Shown: in pieces, positions 48,952 through 62,539 of the stretch
Layout of the letters: each line of letters opens with the position of its first letter
Numbering within the stretch: the first letter of the stretch is position 1
Source of the DNA: the human T2T-CHM13v2.0 reference genome, Homo sapiens
Assembly (NCBI RefSeq): GCF_009914755.1
Contig: NC_060930.1
Direction: 5' to 3' (one strand)
Length of the DNA stretch: 64,000 nucleotides
Made by a program: the position numbers and the translations under genes
Notes under the pieces: model-generated
The model's input: the letters and a program-made list of their open reading frames with translations, nothing else
Database searches by the model: none
Told to the model about the DNA's origin: nothing

Positions 48952-51900
48952 AGAAAGTTACATTCTTTACTGACCACAGGTTAGGAACCCCGTATAAAGA
49001 CTGTGTAGACAAGTTAAGAGGCCAGTGTTCCCAAGGGGCTTTTATTGGCTCTGCAAGTCAAGCTTGATTCCTTAAAGGGAAGCACACCCTTCCAGTCAAA
49101 GCTTTGGCAAAAACAAACAAACAACAACAAACAAAAAACAGTTTCTCCAATTGCATCCTGTTGCAAGAGAAAATGGATTCTTATTGCACTTATGCAAATA
49201 GCTATATTGTCATAAGTTAAGAATACTCCCAAATCGTTTCCAAATTGTGGAGAAACCAGGCAGAGAGAAACAAATACGCTGGAAATTTTGTTCACAGAAG
49301 TATACCTTACTCAATTGTTAAAAGCTGTAAATAGTTCAAAATAAAAATTTTCTTGACTCTGAGAAACAAAGGATCAGCAATATTTTAAGCAAAAAGTAAA
49401 AAATGATTACTTCAGTCCTTTATTAGTTTAGTTCATTCAGTTAATTCTTGTTCTGCATGACATTCATGAGTCCTGAACATTTTTCCTCTATTTTAATGTC
49501 ACAATCTCTACAGCTATCGGAAACTGGCATTGTCTCAAATACTTTTAAAAAGGCAAAATCTTTACGCAACAGGAGGGAAGACTTAGCTTTCCAAAAAATC
49601 TGTCACGTGTCTTTCCCTTCTTTCTTCAGTAGTTTATTTGCAAGGCAAACAAAAATCTTTCATTATCCTTTTATGTTACACGAAAATCTTGTTCAAGAGG
49701 TAGAAAGCTTGATTTCATCCTTGCATTACTCTACCATTAAGGTCAAGCCCATTTTTTAAATAAAACCTTAAGGATAAATCTTAACCAGTTTGACCATGAG
49801 GTGAAATTCTTATAAATCTTTTATAAACCTTTACAAATTTTTGTTAAAGAGAAGGTTAGTGCCTTTAGAAAACCCTGTTGTGCTTTTATTTCAGTGTTCA
49901 ATTTACCAAATTGAAAAACCAAATAATAACCTTTTGAATTTAGTCAATATGTTCATACACAGAATTTCTTTTACAAGATTAATTTTTACAAACCTTCCAC
50001 ACCTTGTTCAAACCTTTAGATTTATTTAATTTAAAACAATCCTTTAACCCTCTAACCTAGACAAAAATTTATATTCCCATGCCTTCTTATAATCTTTTAC
50101 TAAAAACACATTTTACTTTCCTTACATACCTATCATGTAAATCTATTTTAAGTAGTCTCAATTACATGTTATAATGGTAATTCTTAGCAATTTTAAATTT
50201 TGATGTAAAACCTAGTAAGTTATTTTAATTATGTACTAGGTGTAGATACGGTCTGACTCTTTCCAGCATAATCAGGGGCATGGTTAACTCCGTATGTCCC
50301 CAGACCTTACCAACTGTAAAGCAGGCAAGTCAAACGATTTTCAAAAGCCAAAGAGGCAGTTTATGACCTTAAAGCATTTAGCAAACCTAATATCTGACCT
50401 GTATAATTTAGACCACATGTCTACATTTTGAAGACATTTTTACTTTACCAATAATCTTTAAAGCTGTTTTTATTTCTCAAAGATTAAAGTCATATGAATT
50501 AAAAGGCATTACAGCTTTAATTTTTCCTTCAAAAATATTTGATCTATGCATTTATTTTTCTTTAGTCAATTAATTAGAGCTCTTCTAAATAAACATCACA
50601 TACATAACACATATATAACTACACAGAGAGACAGAAAATTGAGTAGTTGTAAGATTTTTCATTGGGCAGTTTCTTAATTGGATTACTGGCCTCAGGGTGG
50701 AGCCCTTGAAGAAACAGGGCTAGGAAAGCATGTGGTTTCTAGGGCCTAATAAGCAGGCATATCTGAAAGACAGAAACAAATTTTGAGAGGGCTCTATCCT
50801 GGGGGTTCCATGAGGAAAACAGAAATTTTTTCCAACACAGGGTCAGTGGCACCTCCTCTGTTTCCCAAGGAGTCCCAGGCTATCAAAAGCTATTCTAGGG
50901 CCTCTCATGTGTGTGTGCATTAACAGTGAAGAAAAATAATTCCATTGACTGAGAAGAAAAGAATGTTTTTCTGGCAAAACAAGATCCACAAAGAGAAAAG
51001 ACATAAAGGCCTTTTAAATATACCTATAGCTTGAATATCCACTTTTAATTAAGCTGACTTTTAACTATAGTGCTCTGTTTTTAAAAAAGTCCTTTTGAAT
51101 CTTTTATTACCTGACCTTAGCCATGGTATATGGCCAATACTTCTGGGTTTTGAACTCATAGAGGGACAGAAAATACAGAGATTTTTACCATTCCTGCAAC
51201 TATTTTGCACAGAGAGTGGCCAGAAGTCCAACTGGCAAGAAATTTTATGTTTTTGCCAGCATCCCAGGCTTCTGGGTTCCATTCCCCTACACTGTGGAGC
51301 CCTATTGACCCTGGAGTCCTGTGATGGGGAAACAGACAAAGAGGTTACCTTCATGTTGTAAAAGTTAGCCCCTCCTCAAGAGATTGCTCAGCTAAATTTG
51401 TAATTTCTTACCAGCTCATTTTTAAGCCAAACAGTTTAAGGCTTCAGGAAATTAAGCTTTTTCCAGTTTGGGGGATTCATCTGAGGGGTGTGTCCTGTGG
51501 TACAGGGACACAATTAACCATCTGGGAAGAGAGGATAAAGGAGAAAAAGGAAAAAGAAAGCATTTATTTTCCAAAGAGTCCCAATGATTCAAGATGCACT
51601 CAAGAGAAGTACAGACTGAAGATGTTTGGTTAACCATCTGGAAAAAGGAGGAAAAGGCATCCCTTTGTTCCTTTCTCTTTCTAGAAAAACCTGGGATACA
51701 AGAGGGGGAGAAAAAAAAAGATGTCCCCATTTTCTCTTCTATCCTTATATCCTCGAGTCCTGGTGACCTTGGCAGTGCCATCCATGGGTGCCAGTGTGAC
51801 CTTCACCACGTAGCAGGAAGGCCTAGAGGGTAGGATTATTTGCACTCACCTAATGCACTGGCCTATACTCCCTGCTGTCAGTAACCTTGAGTTCCCTATA

Positions 51901-53029
51901 CCTCATCTATGCCATGGATACGAGCATGACCTCCTTCCATGAAGTGGGGAGCCCAGTCAGCAGGAATTAGTTATGCTTAACTATGTTGTGCCCCTAGACT
52001 TGTGCTGTCACTAACCTTTGGGTTTGCGGAGACTTGGGTTTTTTTTTTTTTCTAGGGCTTCAATCGAAAGCTCAGGATTGAGTTTGGGACAAAAAGGTGC
52101 CTCAGTAGGGTACACAGACTCATTAAATTAAGTCCAAGGTGACCCTCATGTTTGCAGTCAGTGACTGGTGGGGGTAGTTGGGGCCACTTCTCTGTTGCTT
52201 CCCTATCATAAGCAGAGTGCTAAGGTGAAGTTGTGGAACCAGGGCCTCCTCAAATAAGGGAGAGAAAAGGAGTCCCAGGAATTGGGAACCTGCCCTAGTA
52301 AGATGCCTCCCCAAAGGAAAAAAAAAATCTGCCACGTAGAAAAGCTCCCTTTATTCACAGGACTTTGTGAACTCCTGACATGGTGGAGGAAAGAAAAAAA
52401 ACAGCTTAAGTGCCTGTGGGAAAAAGCCTCTTGTTCTATGCAAATGGATTCCTTCAACAGGGGAAAAAAAAACTTTAATTGCTGCATCCTCCCTGTTTCT
52501 AAGAATAGACAGAAACTGCATTTCTTATGACTGGGCCAAGTGCCCATTCTACCCAGTAATATCTGTGTAGTTTGCAACAGCACCTTTAACATTATAAAAG
52601 AAGAGCTAGCAGCCATCACAATCCATGAAAGAAAGAAAAAAAGTACCATTGAAAAGTCTGGGCATCTTGGCTAACACCCTAACACCCCCTCCAGTTGCAG
52701 ACTGGAGCCGGTCTAGGGGCCTTAGGACAACAATGAGGTGTTGCCTTGGCCAGATGCCTTCAGTTTCCTCAGGACCTTATTCTGATCCCATGTGACAGCT
52801 AGACGTCTGTGAAGGGAAACAAAGTGAAGATTCCTTACACCTGAGAGTGATGGGGGTGGGGGTGGTGGCAGAGCCCTCCCCACATCCTGTCCTCTGTAGC
52901 CATGCCATTCACTCTTAACTGGCTAATTGGAGGTACAGTGCTTATCTGCCTTCAGAAAAAAGTCTGAGGACAAAAAGTCTTGGGAAAAAAGTGAAGAATT
53001 ATATGCCCACATTCACTCACCCTCTGACA

Positions 53030-53047
53030 ATCCTGGATGAGCCCCTA
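53030..53047 (-). other. Primer-binding site, tRNA-Pro type
   Basis: Minus strand TAGGGGCTCATCCAGGAT versus TGGGGGCTCGTCCGGGAT (15/18), 4 nt from the LTR end. Confidence 0.85.
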
Positions 53048-54301
53048 GAAATGATGCAGGATTTTTCTTGTTAAGTTTGCTAGCTGGGGGCTTCCACAGC
53101 CAGCAACATCCTTGATTGAGCCTTTCTTGGCCCTAGGCCTGCTGCAGGATGTGTCTCATTCACTCGGCCCACTGGGCCACACCTGGCTTGCAGACCAGCC
53201 TGTATTCTGTGCTCACCAGGGGATCCGTGCTCAGCCTGTGGTTTGGCATGACCTAGCCTGCCTGTTTTACAGCTCATACTCATGTTCAGTGGCTCCCAAG
53301 TTCTTTTTCTGCATCCAAGAAGAATGAGGTTACACTGACAATCGAAAGGTGAGGGGGGTGGAGAGGAATTTTATTTCATGACAGAACAGCTCTCAGCAGA
53401 GAGGGGATGTGAGGGTGGTCCCCCATCTAAAGTCAAGTGGTTTCTCTCAGTGTGGCTGGGCCTGGGGCTTTTATGGGCTCAGAATGGGGAGGGCATGCTG
53501 ATTGGTTTGTGAGTATGCAAAAAAAAAGGCTAAAAAAAGGCCAGTCAAAGGTGGGCATGACAGTGTAAAAAAAACAATTATGGAAAGGTAGGTATATGTA
53601 AAATATGTGAAGGGTGAGGATCAATTAGAAGAAAGCACCAAATGGGAAGAGAGGTTCTCAATTTGGTCTGTGGATTTGACTTGTATTTTGGCTTTCAGAC
53701 TTTAAACTGTCTTTTGGCTTGAAGGTGGGGTTTCACCAGGGACCCACCCCTATCTGTTTAGGATTTGTCTGCCTCCTGCCACTATTATCAGGACATAAGA
53801 TATTGAAGACATTGAAATATGGGTTGTGAAGACTTTTTCTCGTATTTGTGAGGAAAAATATTCAAGAATATTTGACTCCATTGTCCTCATTAATCATAGA
53901 TACAGGTTATTGTGCAGAAATCTCTCAAGCTAGTATAGCCAGAAATGTGTCACCTTACATGTGATCTAATGTCACGAACTAGTTTCGTAGGAATTGAAGT
54001 AAATGAATATGCAATAGTAATTGCCTGTTCATTTTGTTTGTTCATTACTATTCCCATGTCTCATTCCCCTAAGTCTGACTTTTTGTTTTCCTTTCCATTC
54101 TACTTTTCAGGCTTCCCCTCATGCTCTTTTCCTCAAATTGAGGACATCTGCTCTAAGGTGAAGGGCCACAAGTTCCAGATTATATTGTGCCATTTGATGT
54201 CTTTTTCTGCTTTTTAACCTTGAGGAATGTAATAATTGCAGACAGAATTATTGTTATATTTGGTTTAGATGGACCATGGTGACAGTCATAAATGCATTTG
54301 A

Positions 54302-54663
<362 letters not shown>

Positions 54664-55085
54664 CATATATTCTATTTTAATGGAAAACGTAACCAGCGGA
54701 ATCAGGATGAAAGTCTAAAGATGTGATATCTGAGTCTTAAAATTATAAAGAAGAAATCTTGAGAGGGTTTCTGATTTTTCTATAGCTTCCTCATTATAAC
54801 CTACTCATATTAGTGAACTAACAATAATCTGATAGGGAAGAAAAACTTGCAGTCCTTATTTTCTGAGCTGTATTTGGCATCTTGTGTTGTCAATAAGTTC
54901 TTCCTTATATCAGATGCAAATCCTTGCCAATACAATATGGGCTCTTGTCACTAATTCTTTGTTTTTCTGTAACCAAGAAAAGGAGTATCATATATCTCTC
55001 TCTATCTGTCTGTCTAACTGTCTCTCTTTTCCTGAAATATGTCATTTCAGGGCAGTACATTTTACTTTAAGAAAGGATAGCATGA

Positions 55086-55489
55086 TGTGTTAGTTTTTGT
55101 GTTGCTATAATGAAATACTTGAGGCTAGGTCATTTGTAAGGAAAAGAAGTTTAACTGGCTCACAGTTCTGCAGGATGTACAGAAGTGTGGTGTCATATCC
55201 ACTTCTGGTGAGGGCCTCAGGAAGTTGCAAACATGGTGGGAGGCAAAGGAGGAACCAGTGTAGCACATGGCCAGATTGAGAACAAAGAGAGATGGGGGAG
55301 GTGCAACACTCTTTTAAGAGAGCTCTCCCATGAACTCATAAGGAGGACTCGCTGATTACCATGAGAATGGCACCAAGCATTACTGAGAGATTCTCCCCCA
55401 CGATCCAAACCCTATCAGGCCCCACCTCAAATATGAGGGATTACATTTCACCATGAGATTTGGAGGGAACAAACATCCAAACTATATCA
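55086..55489 (-). mobile_element. MST (MSTB-like) MaLR solo LTR
   Basis: tgtgttag...ggctcacagttctgcagg...catccaaactatatca; TSD catg(a/g). Confidence 0.9.
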
Positions 55490-55544
55490 CATGGGTTGGA
55501 TGCGAAATGCTCATTTTTAAGTGCCATATTTCATTTTCTTAACC

Positions 55545-55760
55545 AACATTTTTATAGCACTTACTATGTGCTAGGCATTATTCCAAGCACTTTGCAAATG
55601 CTAATTTAACTCTTACAACATACCTATGGGAGAGGTACTATCACTATGCCTATTGTACAGACAAGAAAACTGAAGCAGAGAACAGTTGGGTAGCTTGTCT
55701 AAGATCACAATTGGTTAAGTGACAGAGGTGACTCTTAGCCACTATGCTATGCAGCTCTTT
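55545..55760 (-). mobile_element. MIR
   Basis: Contains agcacttactatgtgctaggca and acagacaagaaaactgaagcagag. Confidence 0.8.
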
Positions 55761-56016
55761 GTGAAATCATCTGTGTGCTTTTCTGACATCTTTAAGGCAT
55801 TTTTTATGGTTCTGTTCTCCAACTGTATCACCAACTTTGGATTTATACTACAGATTTTCCCAGTGTTCTTGTGCAGTGTATATCTACAATGTATGTGCAT
55901 GTGCTTGTAAATATGTGCTTGCATGTGTTTGATATTATCACAGCACTCATGGAGATTCTGGCACAAGTGGAACCTTACATTAGGAGGAAAGACATATATA
56001 TTCCATAGAGATACAT

Positions 56017-56488
56017 TTGGAATATATGTATATATATGTGAATATATATATATGGAATATATGTATATATATGTATATATATGGAATATATGTATATATA
56101 TGTATATATATGGAATATATGTATATATATGTATATATATGGAATATATGTATATATATGTATATATGGAATATATGTATATATATGTATATATATGGAA
56201 TATATGTATATATATGTATATATATGGAATATATGTATATATATGTATATATATGGAATATATGTATATATATGTATATATATGGAATATATGTATATAT
56301 ATGTATATATGGAATATATGTTTATATATGTATATATATGTGTGTGTATATATGTGTGTGTGTGTATATATATGTATATATTCCCTATGTATATATATGG
56401 AATATATGTATATATTCCCTATGTATATATATGGAATATATGTATATATTCCCTATGTATATATATGGAATATATGTATATATTCCCC
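56017..56488. repeat. AT-rich VNTR: about 10 x 29/27 bp, then 3 x 34 bp palindromic units
   Basis: GGAA starts at 56054, 56083, 56112, 56141, 56168, 56197, 56226, 56255, 56284, 56311; then 56399, 56433, 56467. Confidence 0.95.
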
Positions 56489-57472
56489 TTATGTCCTCCA
56501 ATAGACCTCATAACGAATTGCATGTGAGACCATGGACAATTTATGACACTTCTGAATCAATTTACTTATATTCAAAATAAGAGAGTTGGACTGGTTGATT
56601 TTTTTTTCATCTTCAAATTCTAGAACTGAATCAGGAACTTCTAAAGCAACCAGTAAGGAGATTTTTTTTCAGTATAGAGCAAACCCTTGACATTTGAAAG
56701 AACTACATCCTATTTTGGTCAAATATTTTAAACCTTAAACAATCCTAAGACTTTTAAAAATCTCTAAGTTTGTAAGAACCACAATAACATATCATTTTCT
56801 AGTATAAAATAAATTAAATGTTTACATGGCCATGTTCTAATCTCTATTAGCTCTAAAAATACTGAAGTAAATAATCTATAGATTTTTTACAATAAATTAT
56901 GCAATGAAATCAAAGTGGACATTACTGCATTATATAATAATCAGATAAAACTACCCCCAGTATACTTGCAGTCAAACAAAGCTTGTGCACTTACTGCGCT
57001 AAGGGATAATATTCCAGAGGAACTTTAGAAAACATTCAGAGGAGGGGCTATGGAAGAAGAACTAATTTGATTGGGTCTGCCCATTTATACTGGTATCTTC
57101 TTAAATATTTTGAGAAATCTGATGAGTATAACAAACAGCTGCATTCATTTGTTTGTACAGGTGGTTGTAATCCTATATAAACTTTTTTATAGTTTAAAAT
57201 TTTAAAAACGTACAAAATATTGAAATGTATAAGGCATGAAAAAATAGAACTTCTTTGCATGCTAGCTAGGTATAAAAATGCAGGAGGAGATGCTATTGAG
57301 AACATAACTCTTACCTAATGAAGGAACATAATTATTATCTTGAATATGCAAGTAATTATACTACTTCATAATATCTCTGCTTAGCAGAGTGCTTGATTCC
57401 TGGAAAGAAAAAAAAATACACACACGCACGCACTCACACAGACAAGATATAAGGAATAGCTGTATATGAGAA

Positions 57473-58173
57473 GTTAGGGACCCACTTGAGGATGCAGTCT
57501 GTCCGTTCTCAGATCTCCAGCTGCGTGCTGGGAGAACCAATACTGTCTTCCAAGCTGTCAGACAGGGACATTTAAGTCTCCAGAGGTTTCTGCTGCCTTT
57601 TGTTTGGCTATGCCCTGCCCCCAGAGGTGGAGTTTACAGAGGCAGGCAGGTCTCCTTGAGCTGTGGTGGGCTCCACCCAGTTCGAGCTTCCCGGCCACTT
57701 TGTTTACATACTCAAGCCTTGGCAATGGTGGGCGCCCCTCCCCCAGTCTCGCTGCTGCCTTGCAGTTTGATCTCAGACTGCTGTGCTAGCAATGAGCGAG
57801 ACTCCGTGGGCATAGGACCCTCCGAGCCAAGTGCAGGATATAATCTCCTGGTGTGCCATTTGCTAAGACTGTTGGCAAAGCGCAGTATTAGGGTGGGAGT
57901 GACCCGATTTTCCAGGTGCCGTCTGTCACCCCTTTCTTTGACTAGGAAAGGGAATTCCCTGATCCCTTGTGCTTCCTGGGTGAGGCAATGCCTCACCCTG
58001 ATTTGGCTCACACTCGGTGCACTGCACCCACTGTCCTGCACCCACTGTCTGACACTCCCCAGTGAGATGAACCCGGTACCTCAATTGGAAATGCAGAAAT
58101 CACCCGTCTTCTGCATCGCTCACGCCTGGAGCTGTAGACTGGAGCTGTTCCTATTTAGCCATCTTGGCTCCAC
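57473..58173 (-). mobile_element. Isolated L1PA (PA3/4-like) 5'UTR, about 700 bp, body absent
   Basis: Begins GGAGCCAAGATGGC (YY1 site) at about 58171 and has the GACAGTGGGTGCAG doublet; ends abruptly at about 57473; no TSD. Confidence 0.93.
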
Positions 58174-58195
58174 AAAAGTTTGTATTTTTCTGTAG
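57725..58195 (+). other. L1 ORF0-like open frame (156 codons), expression unproven
   Basis: gcaATGg start; MVGAPPPVSLLPCSLISDCCASNERDSVGIGPSEP matches the recalled L1 ORF0 N-terminus. Confidence 0.6.
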
Positions 58196-58289
58196 TTTTA
58201 TTATGATGTTCCTATATGTTGTTTTCTTTGTATTTATTCTACTGATGGTTTGCAGCAGTTCTTAAATCTGTGGCATAATGTCTCTCATT

Positions 58290-58646
58290 GGTTTATTAGA
58301 CAGTTCCAGCTGCTATAACAATATACCATAGATTATGTGGCTTGAAAAACAAACATGTCTCTCTCACAGGTCTAGATACTAGAAGTTCAACATCAATATA
58401 ACAGCAGATTTGTTGTCTCAAATCCTGGTTTGCAAACAACAACCTTCTTACTATATCTACAAATGGCAGGGAGAGAACAGTGTGGTCTCTTTCTTCTTAT
58501 AAAGGAATTGATCCCATCATTGAGGTTTCACACTTATGACCTCAAGTAAACCTAATTACCCTCCAAAGGCCCCAACTCCAAATATATTTCAGATAAGGGC
58601 TTCAATAAATGAATCTGGGGTGACAATAACTTTAAATTCATAGCAA
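58290..58646 (-). mobile_element. MLT1A-like MaLR LTR within old antisense L1M
   Basis: Contains gctgctataacaatataccataga, tcttataaagg and ttcatagca. Confidence 0.75.
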
Positions 58647-59609
58647 TTGATTTTGGCAAACCATGGCCAGAAGTACTGCTTCTGCTCCATACTCTATATT
58701 ATTTCCTTCTACGACTCCAATTATACATATATTAAATATTTTTTTCCATATTTTATGTGTTTATTGTAATCATCTTTGTTTTGTATTTTACATTTTATTC
58801 TCCCTACTTAAGGCTATGTATTTTATTCTAATTTGAGTTCACTAATCTTACTGATCTTATATTCTGTTTTGTCTAATTTGAAAATACACAAGTCTACTTA
58901 GTTCTTAATTACATAAGTTCATTTAATGTTTAGTTTTAGTTCTAGAATTTTCATTTCTTTTATGTAATTCCTGGCTCTCTGTTTAAATTCTCCATGTTTT
59001 TATGTAACTTACTGAACTTGTCAAACAACATATTGAAATATGTGCCTTACACATCCACTCCATTATCTCTGTATCTCCTGTGGGTCGGTTGGTCTATTTT
59101 CATTATGTATGTTTCCCTCTCTCTCTCTGTCTTCCTCTCTTTCTGCCTTTATATCTATCTGTGTGTGTCTCTCTCTTTTCATGTGGTATTGCCTATGTAG
59201 GGATGCCTTATATTTTTCTTGAAAAATTATAGATATAATTTGAGGTTTATGTCCTGTTACCCACTGAGACAATGTACTTTTGCTCCTTGCATGCAGTAAG
59301 AGAAGAGGCAGATTATTTTAATTCAATCAGAGATTGAACAGATTTGAAGCTGGAACCCATGAATATACCTAGATCTAATGAGTAAGGAGAAAAAATGCTG
59401 CTAGTAGGGCCATAAGAGAATAATGAATGAGGAGGCCACCCAAAAGGAACCATGATGGGATGAAGTAAACAGAGGGAAAAATATCTAAACTTTTCTCTCC
59501 TGACCTCTGGTATCCTACTGGTACCTATTATTTGGGGGAACTGGCACCTTAACAATACTGAGTTTTTCAGTCATTAAATATGGTATATGTCTGCATTTAT
59601 TTTGCTCTT

Positions 59610-59874
59610 CGTATTAATATGTTTGGGTTTCCATAACAAAATACCATAAGCTGGGTAGCTTAAATAACGTAAAATTATTTTCTCACAGTTCTGGAGACTG
59701 AGAAGTCCAATAACAAGGTGCCAACAGGGTTAGTTTCTGTTGAAAGCTCTCTTACTGGCTTGTAGTTGGCTACCTTCTCACCCTGTCCTCAGAGGACCTT
59801 CCTCTGGTCTTATGTGAAAAGAGAGCTAGAGAGAGAAATACACAAATACACACACACATGCACACATACACAGT

Positions 59875-59908
<34 letters not shown>

Positions 59909-60095
59909 AAGAGAGACAGATGAACTCCTTGGTGTCTGTTTTTTTTTTTTTTTTAAGAACACTAATCCTATTGAGCTAGGCCTACACCTGTATGACCTGA
60001 TTTTATTTAAACTTGATTACCTCTTTGTAGTCCCTCACAATACAGCCACATTCAGAATTAGAGCTTCAACATACAAATTTTGTAGGGATACTTTT
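59610..60095 (-). mobile_element. MLT1-type LTR containing (CA)n(GA)n
   Basis: Contains ccataacaaaataccata, tctcacagttctggag and gcttcaacata. Confidence 0.75.
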
Positions 60096-60099
60096 CTCA

Positions 60100-61600
60100 G
60101 CAATATTTTCCCAGCAATATTTTGTAAATGTTAGTGTAAAGCTCTTGGACATATTTTGTTAAAATTATCCTTATGAATTTTGGTTTTTTGGGTATTTACA
60201 AATAAACTGTATTTTTAAAAATTATCTTGCTAGGTAGAGCATAGTGGCTCACACCTGTAATCCCAGAGATTTGGGAGTCCAAGGTGGGAGGATCACTTGA
60301 GCTCAGGAGTTTGAGACCAGCTTAGGCAGCGTAATGAGATCCCGTCTCTATTTTAAAAAAAAAAAAGTAACTCTCTTAATTGTTTGCTTCTGGTGTATGG
60401 AAATAAAATTGCTTATGTTTATTGACTTAGTATCTTGCTAATTGCTAAACTAATTTATTAGTCTCAATAGTGTTTTGTAGATTTTTTTTGGATTTCCTAC
60501 ATATACTATCATAACTTCTGCAAACATGGATTTACTTTTTCCCTTTTAATCTTTATTTATTTTTATTGCTTGATTAATTTGTTATGATCTCTATTACACT
60601 GGCGTATAGAGGTTTAAAAAGTATATATATTTGCCTTGTTCCTGATCTTAAGTAGAGAACATTTGCCTTCTATCCTTAAATGTACTGTTAGTGGTAGGTT
60701 TTTTGATGATTACTTTATCATATTCAGGAATTATTCTGAAATCTTTTTTATGTCTAGTTTGTTGAGCATTTTTTCTCATTAAAAGTGTTGGATTTTGTCA
60801 ATACTTTTTCTTAAATATATATTTATACACACATACACATATATTTTATATATAAAATGTTTATTTTGCATATATATGTGTATATATATTTCCATTGCTA
60901 GGATAAATTTCACTTTGTAATAATGTTTTTATATGGTTATATAGTACTGTATTAAGTTTGGTAGTTTTTTTCTTAAATGTTTTTGCTTCCCTGTTTGAGA
61001 GACATTAGTTTTTAATTTTATTTTTAATCATTTTCAAAAATTTGTTGTGTCAGGATTTTAGTATTAGGGCTAAGCTGATCTGATAAAGTGAGTTCAGAAG
61101 CGAATGTGGTTCTCCTCCCTCTTTTTAAATAGTAAACTTCAAGTAAGATTGATATCATTCGCTCTTTAAATATGTTTTAAGGAATTTGCCAATGAAGATA
61201 TTTGGTTCTGGCATTTTCATTAAAAATTGGCTTTCAATTATTAATTCAACTTTTTTAATAGCTAAAGGACTATTCGGGTTTTCAGTTTCTTTTTTGCGTC
61301 AGTTTTGGTAGTTTGAGTTTTTGAGAAATTTCTCTATTCATGTTACTGAATTTATTGACATACAGTTGTTCATAGTACTCTCTTATTTGTATTTTTAATA
61401 ATTCTAGGCTCTGTAGTGCTGTCCTTTCTTTGAGTAATTATATTTTCTGTTATTTTTCTTGACCAGTGCTGTGGGATTTTATCAATTTTATTAATCCTTT
61501 CAATAAACAAATTTCTGGGTCCATTGATTTTTTTCTAGGTTTTATTTTTTTTTTAGTTTATATTTCATTTATTTTCACTCTAATATTTATTATTTTCTTC
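60100..61600 (-). mobile_element. Old L1M ORF2 remnants
   Basis: T-rich antisense motifs ttgctaaact, ccttgttcctgatctta and gttggattttgtcaa. Confidence 0.7.
60228..60366 (+). mobile_element. Alu left monomer (FLAM/AluJ)
   Basis: Contains gtggctcacacctgtaatcccag and cttgagctcaggagtttgagacc, then an A tail. Confidence 0.85.
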
Positions 61601-61824
61601 TTTATGTGATTTTTGGCAATTTAAAATTTTGAAAGATCTGGAAATGGTATGGATAATTTATTGCAGGAGCAATAAAAGAGGCAAGAACATCAATTAGGAT
61701 ATTGCTATTAGAGATGATGGCCCAAATAAGGCAGTACAATGGGGATAGACATGAGGGAATAAATTTGAGTCATTGTGTTCCAGAATCAGAATTAAAAAGA
61801 TTTGATGAAAGATTGGGGAAAGGG

Positions 61825-62539
61825 TGTTAGCAGTGGCAAATCCTTATGGGTGTGCAGCAACCTCAATTCTTGCCTTCTTAGATGAAAGAATTTGACTGAG
61901 GGGTTTAAGGCAGATGAAGAGACTAAGGCAAGTTTTATAGCAAGAGTGAAAGTTTATTTAAAAGCTTTGGAGCAGAAATGAAAGGAAATAAAGTATACTT
62001 GGAAGAGGACTAAGCAAGTGACTGGTGAGATCAAATGCATGGTTTGAAGTTTGGACTGGGGTTTTATATGTTGGCATACTTCTAAGGTCTTGTGTCCCTT
62101 CTTTCCTGATTATTCGTTTGGGGTGGGCTGTCCACATGTGCAGTGGCGTGCTAGCACTTGGGAGGGGAACATGCACAGTGTGTTTACTGGAATTATACGC
62201 AATGCTCACTTGAGTTGTTCTTCCTTTACCAGTCTAGCATTCCTAGACCAAGGTCATATACCAGTCAAACTCTGTCATTTTGTCTCATAGTGCACATGCT
62301 TGAGCCCACTCACCCAACTCCTGATATCTTATTGGGAAGCTGCTGATCACTAGTTTCAGGGTTTTTTTTTTTTTTTTTTTCTAGTGGGAGACTGCCTTTT
62401 CCTGGTGCTGGCTGAGATTAATTATTATTTTAGAGAGACAGTTAACAACTTTGCCTGACCATCACTTGATAGTCGCCTGACATTCCTGGTGGTGGTGGGG
62501 AGCCCTCTCCTGCCCTGCTCATGTCTGTCTACTGTAACA
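61825..62539 (-). mobile_element. MER51-type ERV1 solo LTR
   Basis: tgtta...taaca termini; minus strand TGTTACAGTAG...GAGCAGGGCAGGAGAGGGC; TSD aggg at 61821-61824 and 62540-62543. Confidence 0.87.

Noticed and set aside
51452-52649. Functional ERV gag
   Set aside because: Only a short MA-like remnant; the surrounding frames are broken.
55923-56580. Three overlapping 148-193 aa Y/I/M-rich ORFs
   Set aside because: They result from a stop-free VNTR unit that is open in all three frames.
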